From: Coprococcus sp.
GTDB taxonomy: Bacteria > Bacillota > Clostridia > Lachnospirales > Lachnospiraceae
DNA: 64,000 nucleotides
Direction of reading: 5' to 3'
Assembly (NCBI GenBank): GCA_016297495.1
Contig: JAEDGN010000002.1
Coordinates: 12,443 to 76,442, forward strand
Each line of letters starts with the position of its first letter. Position 1 is the stretch's first letter. The notes beneath the pieces are model-generated. The model ran no database searches and was not told the DNA's origin. It saw only the letters and a program-made list of their open reading frames with translations. The position numbers were made by a program, and so were the translations under genes. Positions 50,278 through 60,860 of the stretch are shown here, one piece after another.

Positions 50278-51525
50278 TTAATTATAAATCTGTTCAAGAT
50301 TTTCTTTCATTACTTTGACAAATTCCTGCGAGCTTCGGGACATGGAAGATTCCCGGGGCAATGCGATGGCCAGGGTCCAGGTTCCGTCAAGATTTTCTGC
50401 CAATGGGTAACTGATCAGATCATTTTGCTCGGAGTATAGATGGATATAGGATGCGGGAAGAAAGGAAATTCCCGTTTCTGCCAGTACAAGGCGTTTAATG
50501 GTCTCCATATTTTTAGCTGAGCAGCAGGCTGTCGGATTGAATGTGGTGCCGGTGAGGGTATGGACATTTTCAAAGACTCTCTGAATGACATCACGCAGGG
50601 GCTGCCGCTTAGCCACCAGTACAAAAGGTGCATCGGACAGCTTTAGCAGATCTTCTGCCTGCAGTGGTGTGTCTTTTGGCAGCGCAAACTGATTTTTCCA
50701 TTTCCTTGGCATGACAAGAAAGAACGGTTCCTCATAGTACTGCTGGTAGTGGATATAATCATCAGATACCAGCTCTTTTTTTAGTGCTGTTTTGTCTGTA
50801 ATTTCATGTAAAATACAGAAATCCACCTGTTTTTCCCTTAACATATATTTCAACTTCTGTGAATTGGCTTCCAGTATCCGGAGTTTGATTCCGGGAAAGC
50901 GCTTCAGGAAGGCTGGTACAATGAGCGGAATCAGATAACTTCCAAGGCTGACCGGAATACCCACCTTTACCGTGCCGCGTCGGAGGTTTTTAAATTCATC
51001 CAGCTCTTCATGGATTTCCTGAAAAATGGTAGCCATTTTTTCTATATAAATAAAAAGAATTTCTCCCTGTATGCTGAGCTGCAGTCCGTTCCAGACAGGC
51101 TCAAAAATAGGAAAGGAACAAACCTCATCCAGAACAGTCAGCATCTGGCTGAGGGAAGGCTGACTGACAAAAAGCTCCTCTGCCGCACGGGAAAGATTCC
51201 CTTTTCTGCGGATCATGAGAAGATAATTCATTTCCCGTTCGGACCAGTTATGATAAGCCGGTTGGGGCGATAAAGATGAGAGAAAATGCTCCATTTCTTC
51301 CATCAGTTTTGTGAAAGCATGGGCATATTCCAGTATCATTTTGCCTTCCGGAGTAGGGACAAGACTGTTCCTGGAATAGCGGAACAGGCAGCATTCAAGT
51401 TCATTTTCCAGACTTTTCAGGGAACGTCCGATGGTGGAAGGACTTTTATGTAATAAATTGGCTGCTTCTTTCAGAGTCATACAGTTTTCCATGATTACCA
51501 GCATTTCCAATTGATTGCGTTTCAT
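50278..51525 (-). CDS. LysR family regulator with two tandem HTH domains
   Basis: HTH1 TLKEAANLLHKSPSTIGRSLKSLE, HTH2 NLSRAAEELFVSQPSLSQML, then substrate-binding domain (GTVKVGI...FPGIKL). Confidence 0.85.
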   Translation of the reverse strand: MKRNQLEMLVIMENCMTLKEAANLLHKSPSTIGRSLKSLENELECCLFRYSRNSLVPTPEGKMILEYAHAFTKLMEEMEHFLSSLSPQPAYHNWSEREMNYLLMIRRKGNLSRAAEELFVSQPSLSQMLTVLDEVCSFPIFEPVWNGLQLSIQGEILFIYIEKMATIFQEIHEELDEFKNLRRGTVKVGIPVSLGSYLIPLIVPAFLKRFPGIKLRILEANSQKLKYMLREKQVDFCILHEITDKTALKKELVSDDYIHYQQYYEEPFFLVMPRKWKNQFALPKDTPLQAEDLLKLSDAPFVLVAKRQPLRDVIQRVFENVHTLTGTTFNPTACCSAKNMETIKRLVLAETGISFLPASYIHLYSEQNDLISYPLAENLDGTWTLAIALPRESSMSRSSQEFVKVMKENLEQIYN

Positions 51526-51818
51526 CAACCATACCCCCTCTGCAGACGGATCTGCATCATAATTCTCTGTTTTTATTTTAACATATCCTTTAAAATAAAG
51601 CAAAACAAGTGCAATTATCGTGATAAATATATCAAAATTGCGTTTTGCTTATATCAATCGTTGCATTTTACATATTAGACATTGATAAAATACCATTCTA
51701 TAATGACAAAGGAATTCGGAGAGGAATCATGTCGACGGTAAAAATCCGGATTCTCAATTACGGGCCTGTGTGATAGATGATAATGAATGAATGTTTTATT
51801 TTGAAGGAGTGTCATAAA

Positions 51819-52883
51819 ATGGTTGTAAAAGTTGGTATTAACGGGTTTGGTCGTATTGCAAGAGTTATCATGAGAATTCTGGAGGAGAGAGATACAGATA
51901 TCGAAGTATGTGCAATTAATCTTCGGAATGCTGATATTAAGCGTATGGCTTATCAGATGGAATATGATTCCGTTTTTGGACGTTTTAAAGGAAAAGTCAG
52001 GGCAGAAGACGATTGCCTGGTTGTGAATGGCAAACATATCAGAGTATTATCTGAATCGGATCCGGCAAAGATTGACTGGGCTTCCTGCGGCGCTGAGTAT
52101 ATTATTGAGTCAACCGGTGCTTTCAGAACCCTTGAGGATTGCCGTAAGCATTTAAATGGAGGCGCAAAAAAAGTTATTCTGACAGCGCCTGGTAAAGATG
52201 ATAATTTCCCGACTTTTGTTATGGGTGTTAATAATAAGACCTATGATCCGAGTATGACAGTTATCTCCAACGCTTCCTGTACGACCAACTGTCTGGCTCC
52301 GCTGACAAAAGTCATCAACGATGCTTTTGGTATTGAAAGAGCTTTAATGTCAACGATTCATTCTTCAACTTCAAAACAGAAGCCGGTAGATTCCAACGGT
52401 GGAAGAGACTGGAGAACAGGACGTTCCGTATTTAATAATATCATTCCATCCACAACAGGTGCTGCAAAAGCGGTTGGCCTTGTCCTTCCTGAGATGCAGG
52501 GCAGGATGACGGGTGTAAGTTTCCGTGTGCCTTCTAATGACGTATCTGTTGTAGATGTGACAATGCAGCTGAGCAGACCGGCAACCTATGCTCAGATCTG
52601 TGAGGCTGTGGAAGATGCCAGCCTGTCATCTATGAAGGGAATCATCGAATACAACGATGACGAGATCGTATCCGGCGATATCAGAGGCAATTATAATACC
52701 TGTGTATTTGATGTAAAGGCCGGCCTCATGCTGGATGAAACTTTCGTCAAGCTGATTGCCTGGTATGATAATGAGTGGGGATATTCCAATCAGTGCATCA
52801 GTCTGGTTCAGTATATTGCCCGTCAGGATGAAAAAGCTGCCCATGCAGTTACCTGTTCCGAACCGGATGTAACGATTGATTAG
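51819..52883 (+). CDS. gap: Type I glyceraldehyde-3-phosphate dehydrogenase (divergent paralogue)
   Basis: GINGFGRI, ESTG, SNASCTTNCLAP, IIPSTTGAAKAV, WYDNEWGYS; ATG 51819 after AAGGAG. Confidence 0.9.
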   Translation: MVVKVGINGFGRIARVIMRILEERDTDIEVCAINLRNADIKRMAYQMEYDSVFGRFKGKVRAEDDCLVVNGKHIRVLSESDPAKIDWASCGAEYIIESTGAFRTLEDCRKHLNGGAKKVILTAPGKDDNFPTFVMGVNNKTYDPSMTVISNASCTTNCLAPLTKVINDAFGIERALMSTIHSSTSKQKPVDSNGGRDWRTGRSVFNNIIPSTTGAAKAVGLVLPEMQGRMTGVSFRVPSNDVSVVDVTMQLSRPATYAQICEAVEDASLSSMKGIIEYNDDEIVSGDIRGNYNTCVFDVKAGLMLDETFVKLIAWYDNEWGYSNQCISLVQYIARQDEKAAHAVTCSEPDVTID

Positions 52884-53030
52884 ATGCCTTTTACATAATC
52901 TTTACACCTGCTTGATAGTTGGCTGGAAATTCACCTGATATACTATGAATGTCATGATGCTGGAGAAGGACTGCCGTTATTGACCCATTTACTTCAGCAT
53001 CATAGTCTATTTTGTACAGGAGGATTTTAT

Positions 53031-55736
53031 ATGCGAACACCTAAAAAAGCAGTTGCAGGACTGCTGACGTTTATGTTGACGTCCGGTTTACTGCAGGCGA
53101 TTCCGGCATTTCCAGTATATGCAGCCGTGCCGGATTACATCGAGATCAATCAGCTCTATGGTGGCGGCGGAAAAGGAGACACACCCTTTTCCAACAGTTT
53201 TATTGAGTTATATAATCCAACAGATTCTGAAATAGATCTTTCGGGTTATAAAATTACGTATTCTTCCAATAGAGAAAATTCTAAGGGAAAACATGCCGGT
53301 TCTACCTGGCAGAATGACGGCATGGTTGAGGTCAGGGAGCTTGCACTTGAGGGCTCTATTCCGGCAAAGCATTCTTTCCTGATTCGCTGTGCAGCAGAAG
53401 AAACGGATGTGGCGGTTGTTTCACTGGAAGATGCCGATATGGATTGGACGCAGGTTATTGATAACGACCAGAGTGTGGAAGTGATTCTTTATAATGGAGA
53501 TACTCGTGTGGATGCGGTATCTACCTGAACTACGGATTTCCAGGATGTCGGTGAAGGTGATCAGCCGGCAACCCAGGATATTTCGAAGCAGAAATCACTG
53601 CGCCGTACAAATTTTGATGACACGGATAATAATGCCGAAGATTTTACATTACTTGTATGGAAAGATCTGGCAGAAGATGAAAAGCAGGATTTTGTCCTGA
53701 AAACAGATGGATTTGAGAATGATAATGCGATTGCCTTGAATAAGCTTGGCTCTTACGTAACTGGTGTATCCAATAAGGATGGCGGTGTCGCCGAGATCGT
53801 TTCCTATGATGCAAAAAACAACCAGGCATGGGTTGTCAACGGTGCGACCGGGAAACTGGATATTGTTGATCTGTCAAGTGTGACGTGTGCTGTCTCCACT
53901 CAGATGACGGCGAAATCGCTGGATATCAAAGCCCTTGTCAATGATGTGATATCTGATTTTACATATGGGGATATGACTTCTGTTTCAGTCAATTCCCAAC
54001 TGGGCATTGCTGCAGTTGCACTGCAGGATGAAGCCTGTGACAAGAATGGTTATGTTGCCTTTGTGAGCACAGATGGCGAACTGCTCGCCCTGATTCCTGC
54101 CGGCATTCAGCCGGATATGGTGACTTTCACACCGGATGGAAGCAAAGTGCTGACAGCCAATGAAGGTGAGCCGCGCAATGGTGTGGGAGACGGTATTACA
54201 GATTCGGCCGGTTCAGTTACGATCATTACGCTGAATACGCAAGATCTGACACAGAGCACCTCTGACACCATTGGGTTTGAAGCTTATGATGCCAGAAGAG
54301 GCGACCTTGTCAATCAGGGTGTGATTTTCAGGAAAGATGCGCTGCCTTCTGTGGATCTTGAACCGGAATATATTGCCTGCACAGACAGCATAGCTTATGT
54401 AGCACTTCAGGAGGCCAATGCTATTGCAATACTTGATCTTGGCACGAATACATACACAGGCATATATTCTCTCGGCTACAAAGATCTAAGCCTCACGGAA
54501 AATGCCATTGATCTTGTGGGAGATGATCAGTATGTACCAAAAACCTATGAAAATGCAGTCGGTGCCTATATGCCGGATGGGATTTCTCTTTATACCACCG
54601 GAGGACAGACTTATCTGCTGACAGCCAACGAAGGCGATGCACGCGAGTGGGGCAGCGGTGATTCGGAATATCTCAACGAGAAAAAAGTGACCCTTACGGC
54701 TGCTGACGGTACTGAAGCTAAAAAGGTACGTGTAATCGATCCGGATGTTACTGATGGACTGCCTGAGGAAAAAAACGTGTTGTTCGGCGGCAGATCCTTT
54801 TCCATATACAGAGTGGACAGCAATGGATTGACACAGGTTTATGACAGTGCCAATGACTTCGAGGAGAAGACGGCGGCATATCTTCCTGGATTTTTCAACT
54901 GCTCTAATGATGATAATGAATATGACAGCCGGTCGACCAAAAAAGGTCCGGAGCCGGAAAGCGTCACAGTCGGAACTGTAAACGGCAGCACCTATGCTTT
55001 TGTGGCACTGGAACGTATTGGTGGCCTTATGATGTATGATATCACTGATCCGGCAAATGCTTCCTTTGTCAATTATATCAATTCCCGCGATTTCTCGGAG
55101 AAGCCTGAAGCTACACCGATATTGCTGGCAGCCTGCGAAGTAAGCGGTACAGTAGCGGCATACTCTGTCGGCAGCGTTCCGGGAGGACATGATTTCGGTG
55201 GTGCATGGGATTCAGACGGGGAAAATCATTGGCATACCTGTGCAAAATGTGGTACTATCGCTGATGAAGCGTCACATACCGGCGGAACCGCAACCTGCAC
55301 AGAGCAGGCGGTATGTAAAGAGTGCGGGGCATCTTATGGTGATGCGCCTGAGGGGCACAGCATAACACGCGTGAATGAGAAGGAAGCTACCTGTACAGAA
55401 CCAGGATATACAGGTGATGAGGTCTGCACCGTCTGTGGTGAGAAAGTTTCCTGTGGTGAAGAAATCTCCGCAGAGGGACACAGCCATGGAGAATGGGAAA
55501 CTGTCAAAGAGGCCACCTGCGAAGAAGCTGGTGAAAAGGATATTAAATGTGTGAATTGTGGTGAGGTTCTGGAAACAGAAATAATTCCCGCCGCAGGTCA
55601 TAACTATTCAGCATGGAAATTGACCAGACTGCCTGGATGGAGCCGGGATGGTGAACTGTCCCGCACCTGTCGCACCTGTGGCGAGACGATGACAAAGATA
55701 ATAAAATCTTTTAGCAGCTGGTTTAAATGGAACTGA
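53031..55736 (+). pseudogene. Secreted lamin-tail-domain / choice-of-anchor-I (alkaline-phosphatase-associated) protein with Cys/His repeats; in-frame TGA at 53526-53528
   Basis: Signal peptide, INQLYGGG...FIELYNPT (LTD), AEIVSYD, PDMVTFTPDG, TANEGEP, KGPEPE, ATCTE-type repeats; ORFs 52980-53528 and 53736-55736 share one frame and are separated only by a single TGA. Confidence 0.78.
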
Positions 55737-55769
55737 AGATAGAAAGATAAAAGCATTTCTGTAGTGACT

Positions 55770-55798
55770 GCCCCTCGCAAAATGCGAGGGGCTTTTTT
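55770..55798 (+). terminator. Intrinsic terminator
   Basis: GCCCCTCGCA-aaa-TGCGAGGGGC-TTTTTT. Confidence 0.88.
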
Positions 55799-55928
55799 CA
55801 TAGAAATAGTATTATACAATAATATTCCATTGATATTATAGGATATATGCGCTACAATATAGAACAATTACGGTACAATATGGTTGGAATGAAGTACAAA
55901 TGCAGAAGCAGCGAAGGAGAGAGACAGG

Positions 55929-57281
55929 ATGAGCAATTTTGAAAAAAATCTTTCGGAGGGCAGTGTTGTCAGACAGTTGATTATGTTTTCACTGCCTTTT
56001 CTGGTGTCAAATATTATACAAACACTGTACAGTGTGGCTGATATGCTGATCGTGGGCCGTTTCAGCGGAACTATCAGTATGTCGGGAGTTAATATCGGCA
56101 GTCAGGTGACCCTGATTCTGACCAACATTGTTGTCGGTCTGTGTACCGGCGGTACAGTATTGATTGCCCAGTATCTGGGGGCAAAAAAGCGGAAGGATAT
56201 GGAGGAGACAACGGCAACGCTGATGACGACCCTTCTGATTGCGGCTGTTCTTATCACGATTCTGATGCTTGTTTTTAAGGATAAGGTTCTGCATTTGATT
56301 CAGACTCCGGCAGAGGCCTATGAGGAGGCAAGCAGATATCTGACGGTGACTGTGATCGGATTGATTTTTATCTTTGGTTATAATGTATTCAGCGCCATCA
56401 TGCGGGGAATGGGTGACAGTACGAGACCTTTGTATTTTGTATTAATTGCCTGTGTTACCAATGTGATACTGGATCTGATTCTGGTGGGCAGATTTGACAT
56501 GGGCGCTCTTGGGGCGGCCATTGCAACGGTTATATCTCAGGCAGTCAGTATGATCACCTGCATTGTCGTTATGATTCGAAGTGATTTTGTATTTGATTTT
56601 AAACCTTCATCCTTCAGAATACAGAAGAATAAGGCGGGAAGAATATTCAGACTCGGCCTGCCAGGCGCCATTCAGAATGGTGTGACCAGTTTTTCGTTTA
56701 TGATCATCACGGCACTGGTGAATGTTATTGGCGGAGTCAGTGCTTCTGCTGCCATCGGTGTAGTGGCAAAGTTTAACGGTTTTGCCATTCTCCCGGCCAT
56801 CGCCATGGGCGCTTCTGTTTCTACAATGTGTGCCCAGAATATCGGTGCGGGTAAATGGGACAGAGCTGTCAGGACCTGTAAGATTGGTACGGTTATTGCT
56901 TTTTGTATCAGTTTTCTGATCTTCTTACTGGCGCAGGTGTTTCCGACAGAAATTCTTCGCATATTCAATGACGATAGCGAAATGATCGATTACGGGGTTC
57001 AATATCTTCGTACATTTACTTTTGATTATTTAATTGTACCATTTGTATTTTGCATCAATGGTTTGTTTATCGGGGCAGGACATACGACTTTCTCCATGGT
57101 CAACAACATGCTGTCAGCCATCATCCTGAGAGTCCCGGCGGCTATTTTATTTGGGCTTGTGGCCAATATGGGATTGAGAGGTGTAGGTCTGGGCGGTCCG
57201 GTGGCCTCTCTGGGGTCTTTGATACTAATCATTGTATTCCTCATGTCAGGCAAATGGAAAGAAAACCGAGCCATGGCATGA
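55929..57281 (+). CDS. MATE family efflux transporter
   Basis: QTLYSVADMLIVG, RGMGDSTRPL, GAAIATVISQ, QNIGAG. Confidence 0.92.
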   Translation: MSNFEKNLSEGSVVRQLIMFSLPFLVSNIIQTLYSVADMLIVGRFSGTISMSGVNIGSQVTLILTNIVVGLCTGGTVLIAQYLGAKKRKDMEETTATLMTTLLIAAVLITILMLVFKDKVLHLIQTPAEAYEEASRYLTVTVIGLIFIFGYNVFSAIMRGMGDSTRPLYFVLIACVTNVILDLILVGRFDMGALGAAIATVISQAVSMITCIVVMIRSDFVFDFKPSSFRIQKNKAGRIFRLGLPGAIQNGVTSFSFMIITALVNVIGGVSASAAIGVVAKFNGFAILPAIAMGASVSTMCAQNIGAGKWDRAVRTCKIGTVIAFCISFLIFLLAQVFPTEILRIFNDDSEMIDYGVQYLRTFTFDYLIVPFVFCINGLFIGAGHTTFSMVNNMLSAIILRVPAAILFGLVANMGLRGVGLGGPVASLGSLILIIVFLMSGKWKENRAMA

Positions 57282-57330
57282 AACGATTTGCGACAGCCGG
57301 TTCCCTGGGCTGTGCCTCTGGACAGGCATA

Positions 57331-57392
57331 AAAAAGAATAACTCTCCTGAAACGATTTGCGATGAGCATGTTTCAGCAGAGTTATTCTTTTT
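57331..57392. repeat. Long hairpin with conserved 16-nt loop (copy 2), probable bidirectional terminator
   Basis: AAAAAGAATAACTCT-c-CTGAAAC [GATTTGCGATGAGCAT] GTTTCAG-c-AGAGTTATTCTTTTT between convergent MATE and pyc. Confidence 0.85.
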
Positions 57393-57404
57393 CAAAGGCC
57401 GTAT

Positions 57405-60400
57405 TTATTTAACGAAGGACAGCAGCAGATCGCCGGAGTTGACACGATCGCCGGCAGCTACGTAGATCTTGTCGATGACGCCGTCCTGTTTGGCAACGAT
57501 GGTTGTCTCCATCTTCATGGCTTCGATGATGAGCAGCGGCTGATTCTGTGCCACTTTCTCTCCTTCCTTGACGAATACCTGGCTGACTGTGCCTGGAATG
57601 GAGGAACCTACATGAGCCGGATTGTTCTTGTCGGCTTTCAGTTTTCTGTCGGACTTTACTTCCATCTTTTCGTCTACGATGGCGACTTCACGGACGGAGC
57701 CGTTGACTTCAAAGATCAGGGTACGTTTGCCCTCATCATTCGGTGCGGACATACTGTGGAATTTAATCAACAGCTCCTTGCCTTCACCGATCTTCAGAGA
57801 AGTTTCTTCGCCCCGGCGCAGACCATAGAGATAAACATGGCTTTCCAGACGGGTAACATCGTTATATGCTTCAAAATGCTCACAGTAATCTTCATATACC
57901 TTCGGATAGAGGGCATAGCTGACAGCTTTCTGGTGGATTTCTTCTTCTGTGAAGCCGCTGAGATCATATTTGCTCTTTAAATGGGTTTTGATTGCATCAA
58001 AATCAGCATCCGGAAGCAATGAACCCGGTCGGACGGTAATCGGTTCTATACCTTTCAGTACGATTTTCTGAAGCTCCGGATTGAAGCCGCCATCCGGCTG
58101 GCCGATCATGCCTTTGAAATAATCCACAACAGATGCCGGATAGGAAAGATCTCGACCGACTTCAAGAATATTGTCCTTTGTCAGACCGTTTTTCAGCATG
58201 AAAATAGCCATATCTCCTACTACCTTGGAGGTTGGTGTAACCTTGGTGATATTGCCAAGCAGGTCATTGGCATCCTTGTAAAGCTGTTTGATATCTTCGA
58301 ACTGATCCTTCATGCCCATGGCTTCCACCTGTGCCAACAGGTTGGAGTACTGGCCGCCAGGAATCTCGTATTTGTAAATATCCACATTCGGAGAATCCAT
58401 GCCGCTCTCAAATGATTTATAGACTTTGCGGACTCTTGCATAATAACGGCTCAATTCACTGAGTTCATCCCTGTCAAGTCCGGTGTCACGTTCTGTTCCA
58501 CGGAGCGCTTCCACTACAGAGTTCATGGACGGCTGGCTGGTAAGGGTACTCATGGATTCAATGGCCAGGTCAACGATATCAACGCCGGCTTCCGCTGCCA
58601 TAAGAACTGTTGCGACGCCATTGCCTGTTGAATCATGGGTGTGGAGATGAATAGGAATAGTCAGTTCTGACTTCAGGGCTGTTACCAGTTCCTTTGCGGC
58701 ATACGGTTTCAGAAGTCCGGCCATATCCTTGATCGCCAGAGTATGAATGCCCAGTGCTTCCAGCTCTTTTGCTTTATTGACATAGTAATCCAGTGTATAT
58801 TTTGTTTCTTTCGAATCACTCAGGTCGCCGGTATAACAGATCGCGCCTTCAACGATCTTGCCTGTCTTTAACGCTTCTTCAATTGGCATTTTCATATTTT
58901 CTATCCAGTTCAGAGCATCAAATATTCTGAAAATATCTACACCACGTTCACCGGATACCCGGATAAATTCACGCACCACATTGTCAGGGTAGTTGCTGTA
59001 CCCGACTGCATTGGAGGCACGCAGCAGCATCTGAATCAGGGTGTTGGGCATTCTTTCGCGAAGGATAGCCAGACGTTTCCATGGAGATTCTTTTAGAAAA
59101 CGGTAGGCGGTATCATAAGTAGCGCCGCCCCAGCATTCAACGGAAAAGGCATTCTGCATGAAGGCATTGGTGGCACGGGCAGCCCCGGCCAGATCTTTGG
59201 TACGCATTCGGGTGGCCATCAGAGACTGCTGGGCATCGCGCATGGTGGTGTCTGTTACATAGAGTTTTTTATCATGAAGAATCTTCTGAGTAAAATCTCT
59301 TGCACCCAGCTTCAGGAATTCATCCCTTGCACCGTAGACAGGTCTGGTATCATCGTATACAGGAAGAACCCGGTTTTCAAAGAACGGTTTATCGCCCCCT
59401 GTGACATTGACAATCTTATTGCCGAGAAATTCAATAATTTTGGTGGCACGGTCCTGGCTTTGCTGCAGTTCGAACAGTTCAGGTGTTTCTTCAATAAAAG
59501 TCGTGTAGCATGCGCCATTCCGGAAGGTAGGATGGTTGATGACGTTGATCAGAAATGGAATATTGGTCTTGACACCACGGATTCTCATTTCCTTCAATAC
59601 GCGGAGGGATTTGCGGATAGCACCCTCAAAAGTCCGGTCATGGGTAATGGCCTTAACAAGGAGGCTGTCATAGTATGGCAGAATTTCTGCACCCGTATAG
59701 GCAGTTCCGCCATCAAGACGGACACCATTTCCGGAACCGGAACGGTATACAGTGATCTTGCCTGTATCTGGCAGGAAATTGTTGGATGGATCCTCGGTTG
59801 TAACACGGGTCTGGATGGAGTAGCCCAGACATTTGATGGCTTCCTGAGACGGAATGTTGATCTCAGGACTGTTAAGGGGATAACCTTCAGCGACAAGGAT
59901 CTGGGAGGCAACGATATCAATGCCTGTTACCATTTCAGAAACCGTATGTTCCACCTGAATACGCGGATTCATCTCAATGAAATACGGCCGGCCATCCTCA
60001 TCCACCAGAAATTCCAGGGTACCCGCATTGCGGTAGCCGACCATCTTGGCCAGTTTTACTGCACTGCCGAAAATGATATTTCGTGTTTCGTCAGGCACAC
60101 TAAAAGCCGGTGCATATTCCACGACCTTCTGATGACGCCGCTGAACAGAACAGTCACGGTCATAGAGGTGGACAACATTGCCGTAATTGTCGGCTAAAAT
60201 CTGCACTTCTATGTGTTTGGGACCCCGGATATATTTTTCAATGAAAATCTGATCGTCACCAAAGGCTTTTTTGGACTCATTGCAGGCTTCGCGGTATTCC
60301 TTCGGCATGTCTTTTGCACAGTTGACGATACGCATACCACGGCCGCCGCCGCCATTGGAGGCTTTCAGCATGACCGGATAGCCCACCATTTCAGCCACCT

Positions 60401-60860
60401 GAAGGACTTCTTCTTCTGTTTTTAATGCGTGGTCGACACCTGGAATAATAGGAACACCGGCTTTGATTGCCATCTGTTTGGAGGAAATCTTGTCTCCCAT
60501 GGCATTCATAATCTCTTTGGATGGTCCGATGAATGTGATGCCGTTTTTTTCACAGGCTTCTACAAATTCAGGATTCTCAGAGAGAAAACCATAGCCTGGA
60601 TGGATGGCATCAGCATGGGCAGTTTTTGCGATATCGATGATGCCTTTGATATCCAGATAGGCATCAATTGGTCCTTTATTTGGTCTCAGTTCATAGGACT
60701 CATCCGCTTTGGAACGGAAAAGAGCATAACGGTCTTCTTTGGAGTAAATACCGATGGTTGTGATTCCCAGCTCGTTCAATGCACGGTAAACACGGATGGC
60801 AATCTCGCCGCGGTTGGCTACAAGAACACGTTTAAATGGCTTGATTTGAATATTTTCCAT
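57405..60860 (-). CDS. pyc: Pyruvate carboxylase
   Basis: Biotin carboxylase (ANRGEIA, HPGYGFLSE), carboxyltransferase (RDAQQSL, WGGATYD, HLHTHD), biotinyl EAMKME. Confidence 0.97.
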   Translation of the reverse strand: MENIQIKPFKRVLVANRGEIAIRVYRALNELGITTIGIYSKEDRYALFRSKADESYELRPNKGPIDAYLDIKGIIDIAKTAHADAIHPGYGFLSENPEFVEACEKNGITFIGPSKEIMNAMGDKISSKQMAIKAGVPIIPGVDHALKTEEEVLQVAEMVGYPVMLKASNGGGGRGMRIVNCAKDMPKEYREACNESKKAFGDDQIFIEKYIRGPKHIEVQILADNYGNVVHLYDRDCSVQRRHQKVVEYAPAFSVPDETRNIIFGSAVKLAKMVGYRNAGTLEFLVDEDGRPYFIEMNPRIQVEHTVSEMVTGIDIVASQILVAEGYPLNSPEINIPSQEAIKCLGYSIQTRVTTEDPSNNFLPDTGKITVYRSGSGNGVRLDGGTAYTGAEILPYYDSLLVKAITHDRTFEGAIRKSLRVLKEMRIRGVKTNIPFLINVINHPTFRNGACYTTFIEETPELFELQQSQDRATKIIEFLGNKIVNVTGGDKPFFENRVLPVYDDTRPVYGARDEFLKLGARDFTQKILHDKKLYVTDTTMRDAQQSLMATRMRTKDLAGAARATNAFMQNAFSVECWGGATYDTAYRFLKESPWKRLAILRERMPNTLIQMLLRASNAVGYSNYPDNVVREFIRVSGERGVDIFRIFDALNWIENMKMPIEEALKTGKIVEGAICYTGDLSDSKETKYTLDYYVNKAKELEALGIHTLAIKDMAGLLKPYAAKELVTALKSELTIPIHLHTHDSTGNGVATVLMAAEAGVDIVDLAIESMSTLTSQPSMNSVVEALRGTERDTGLDRDELSELSRYYARVRKVYKSFESGMDSPNVDIYKYEIPGGQYSNLLAQVEAMGMKDQFEDIKQLYKDANDLLGNITKVTPTSKVVGDMAIFMLKNGLTKDNILEVGRDLSYPASVVDYFKGMIGQPDGGFNPELQKIVLKGIEPITVRPGSLLPDADFDAIKTHLKSKYDLSGFTEEEIHQKAVSYALYPKVYEDYCEHFEAYNDVTRLESHVYLYGLRRGEETSLKIGEGKELLIKFHSMSAPNDEGKRTLIFEVNGSVREVAIVDEKMEVKSDRKLKADKNNPAHVGSSIPGTVSQVFVKEGEKVAQNQPLLIIEAMKMETTIVAKQDGVIDKIYVAAGDRVNSGDLLLSFVK

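Noticed and set aside
49190..50278. 362-aa minus-strand ORF
   Set aside because: Antisense shadow of clpB starting inside the REP-like repeat; no recognisable motifs.
42389..53528. Genome-wide stop-codon reassignment suggested by in-frame TAG and TGA
   Set aside because: TAG and TGA end many intact genes here (e.g. yafQ and gap with TAG, uxuA and MATE with TGA); two isolated C>T-type nonsense changes are simpler.
55190..55690. Repetitive sequence at 3' end of surface protein considered as an array
   Set aside because: Degenerate protein-level ATC(T/E)E...C..CG repeats; no fixed nucleotide repeat-spacer structure, not CRISPR.
8633..60860. Carbonic anhydrase, carB and pyc as a bicarbonate-utilisation cluster
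   Set aside because: Tens of kb apart in separate transcription units; no shared motif upstream that I could see.
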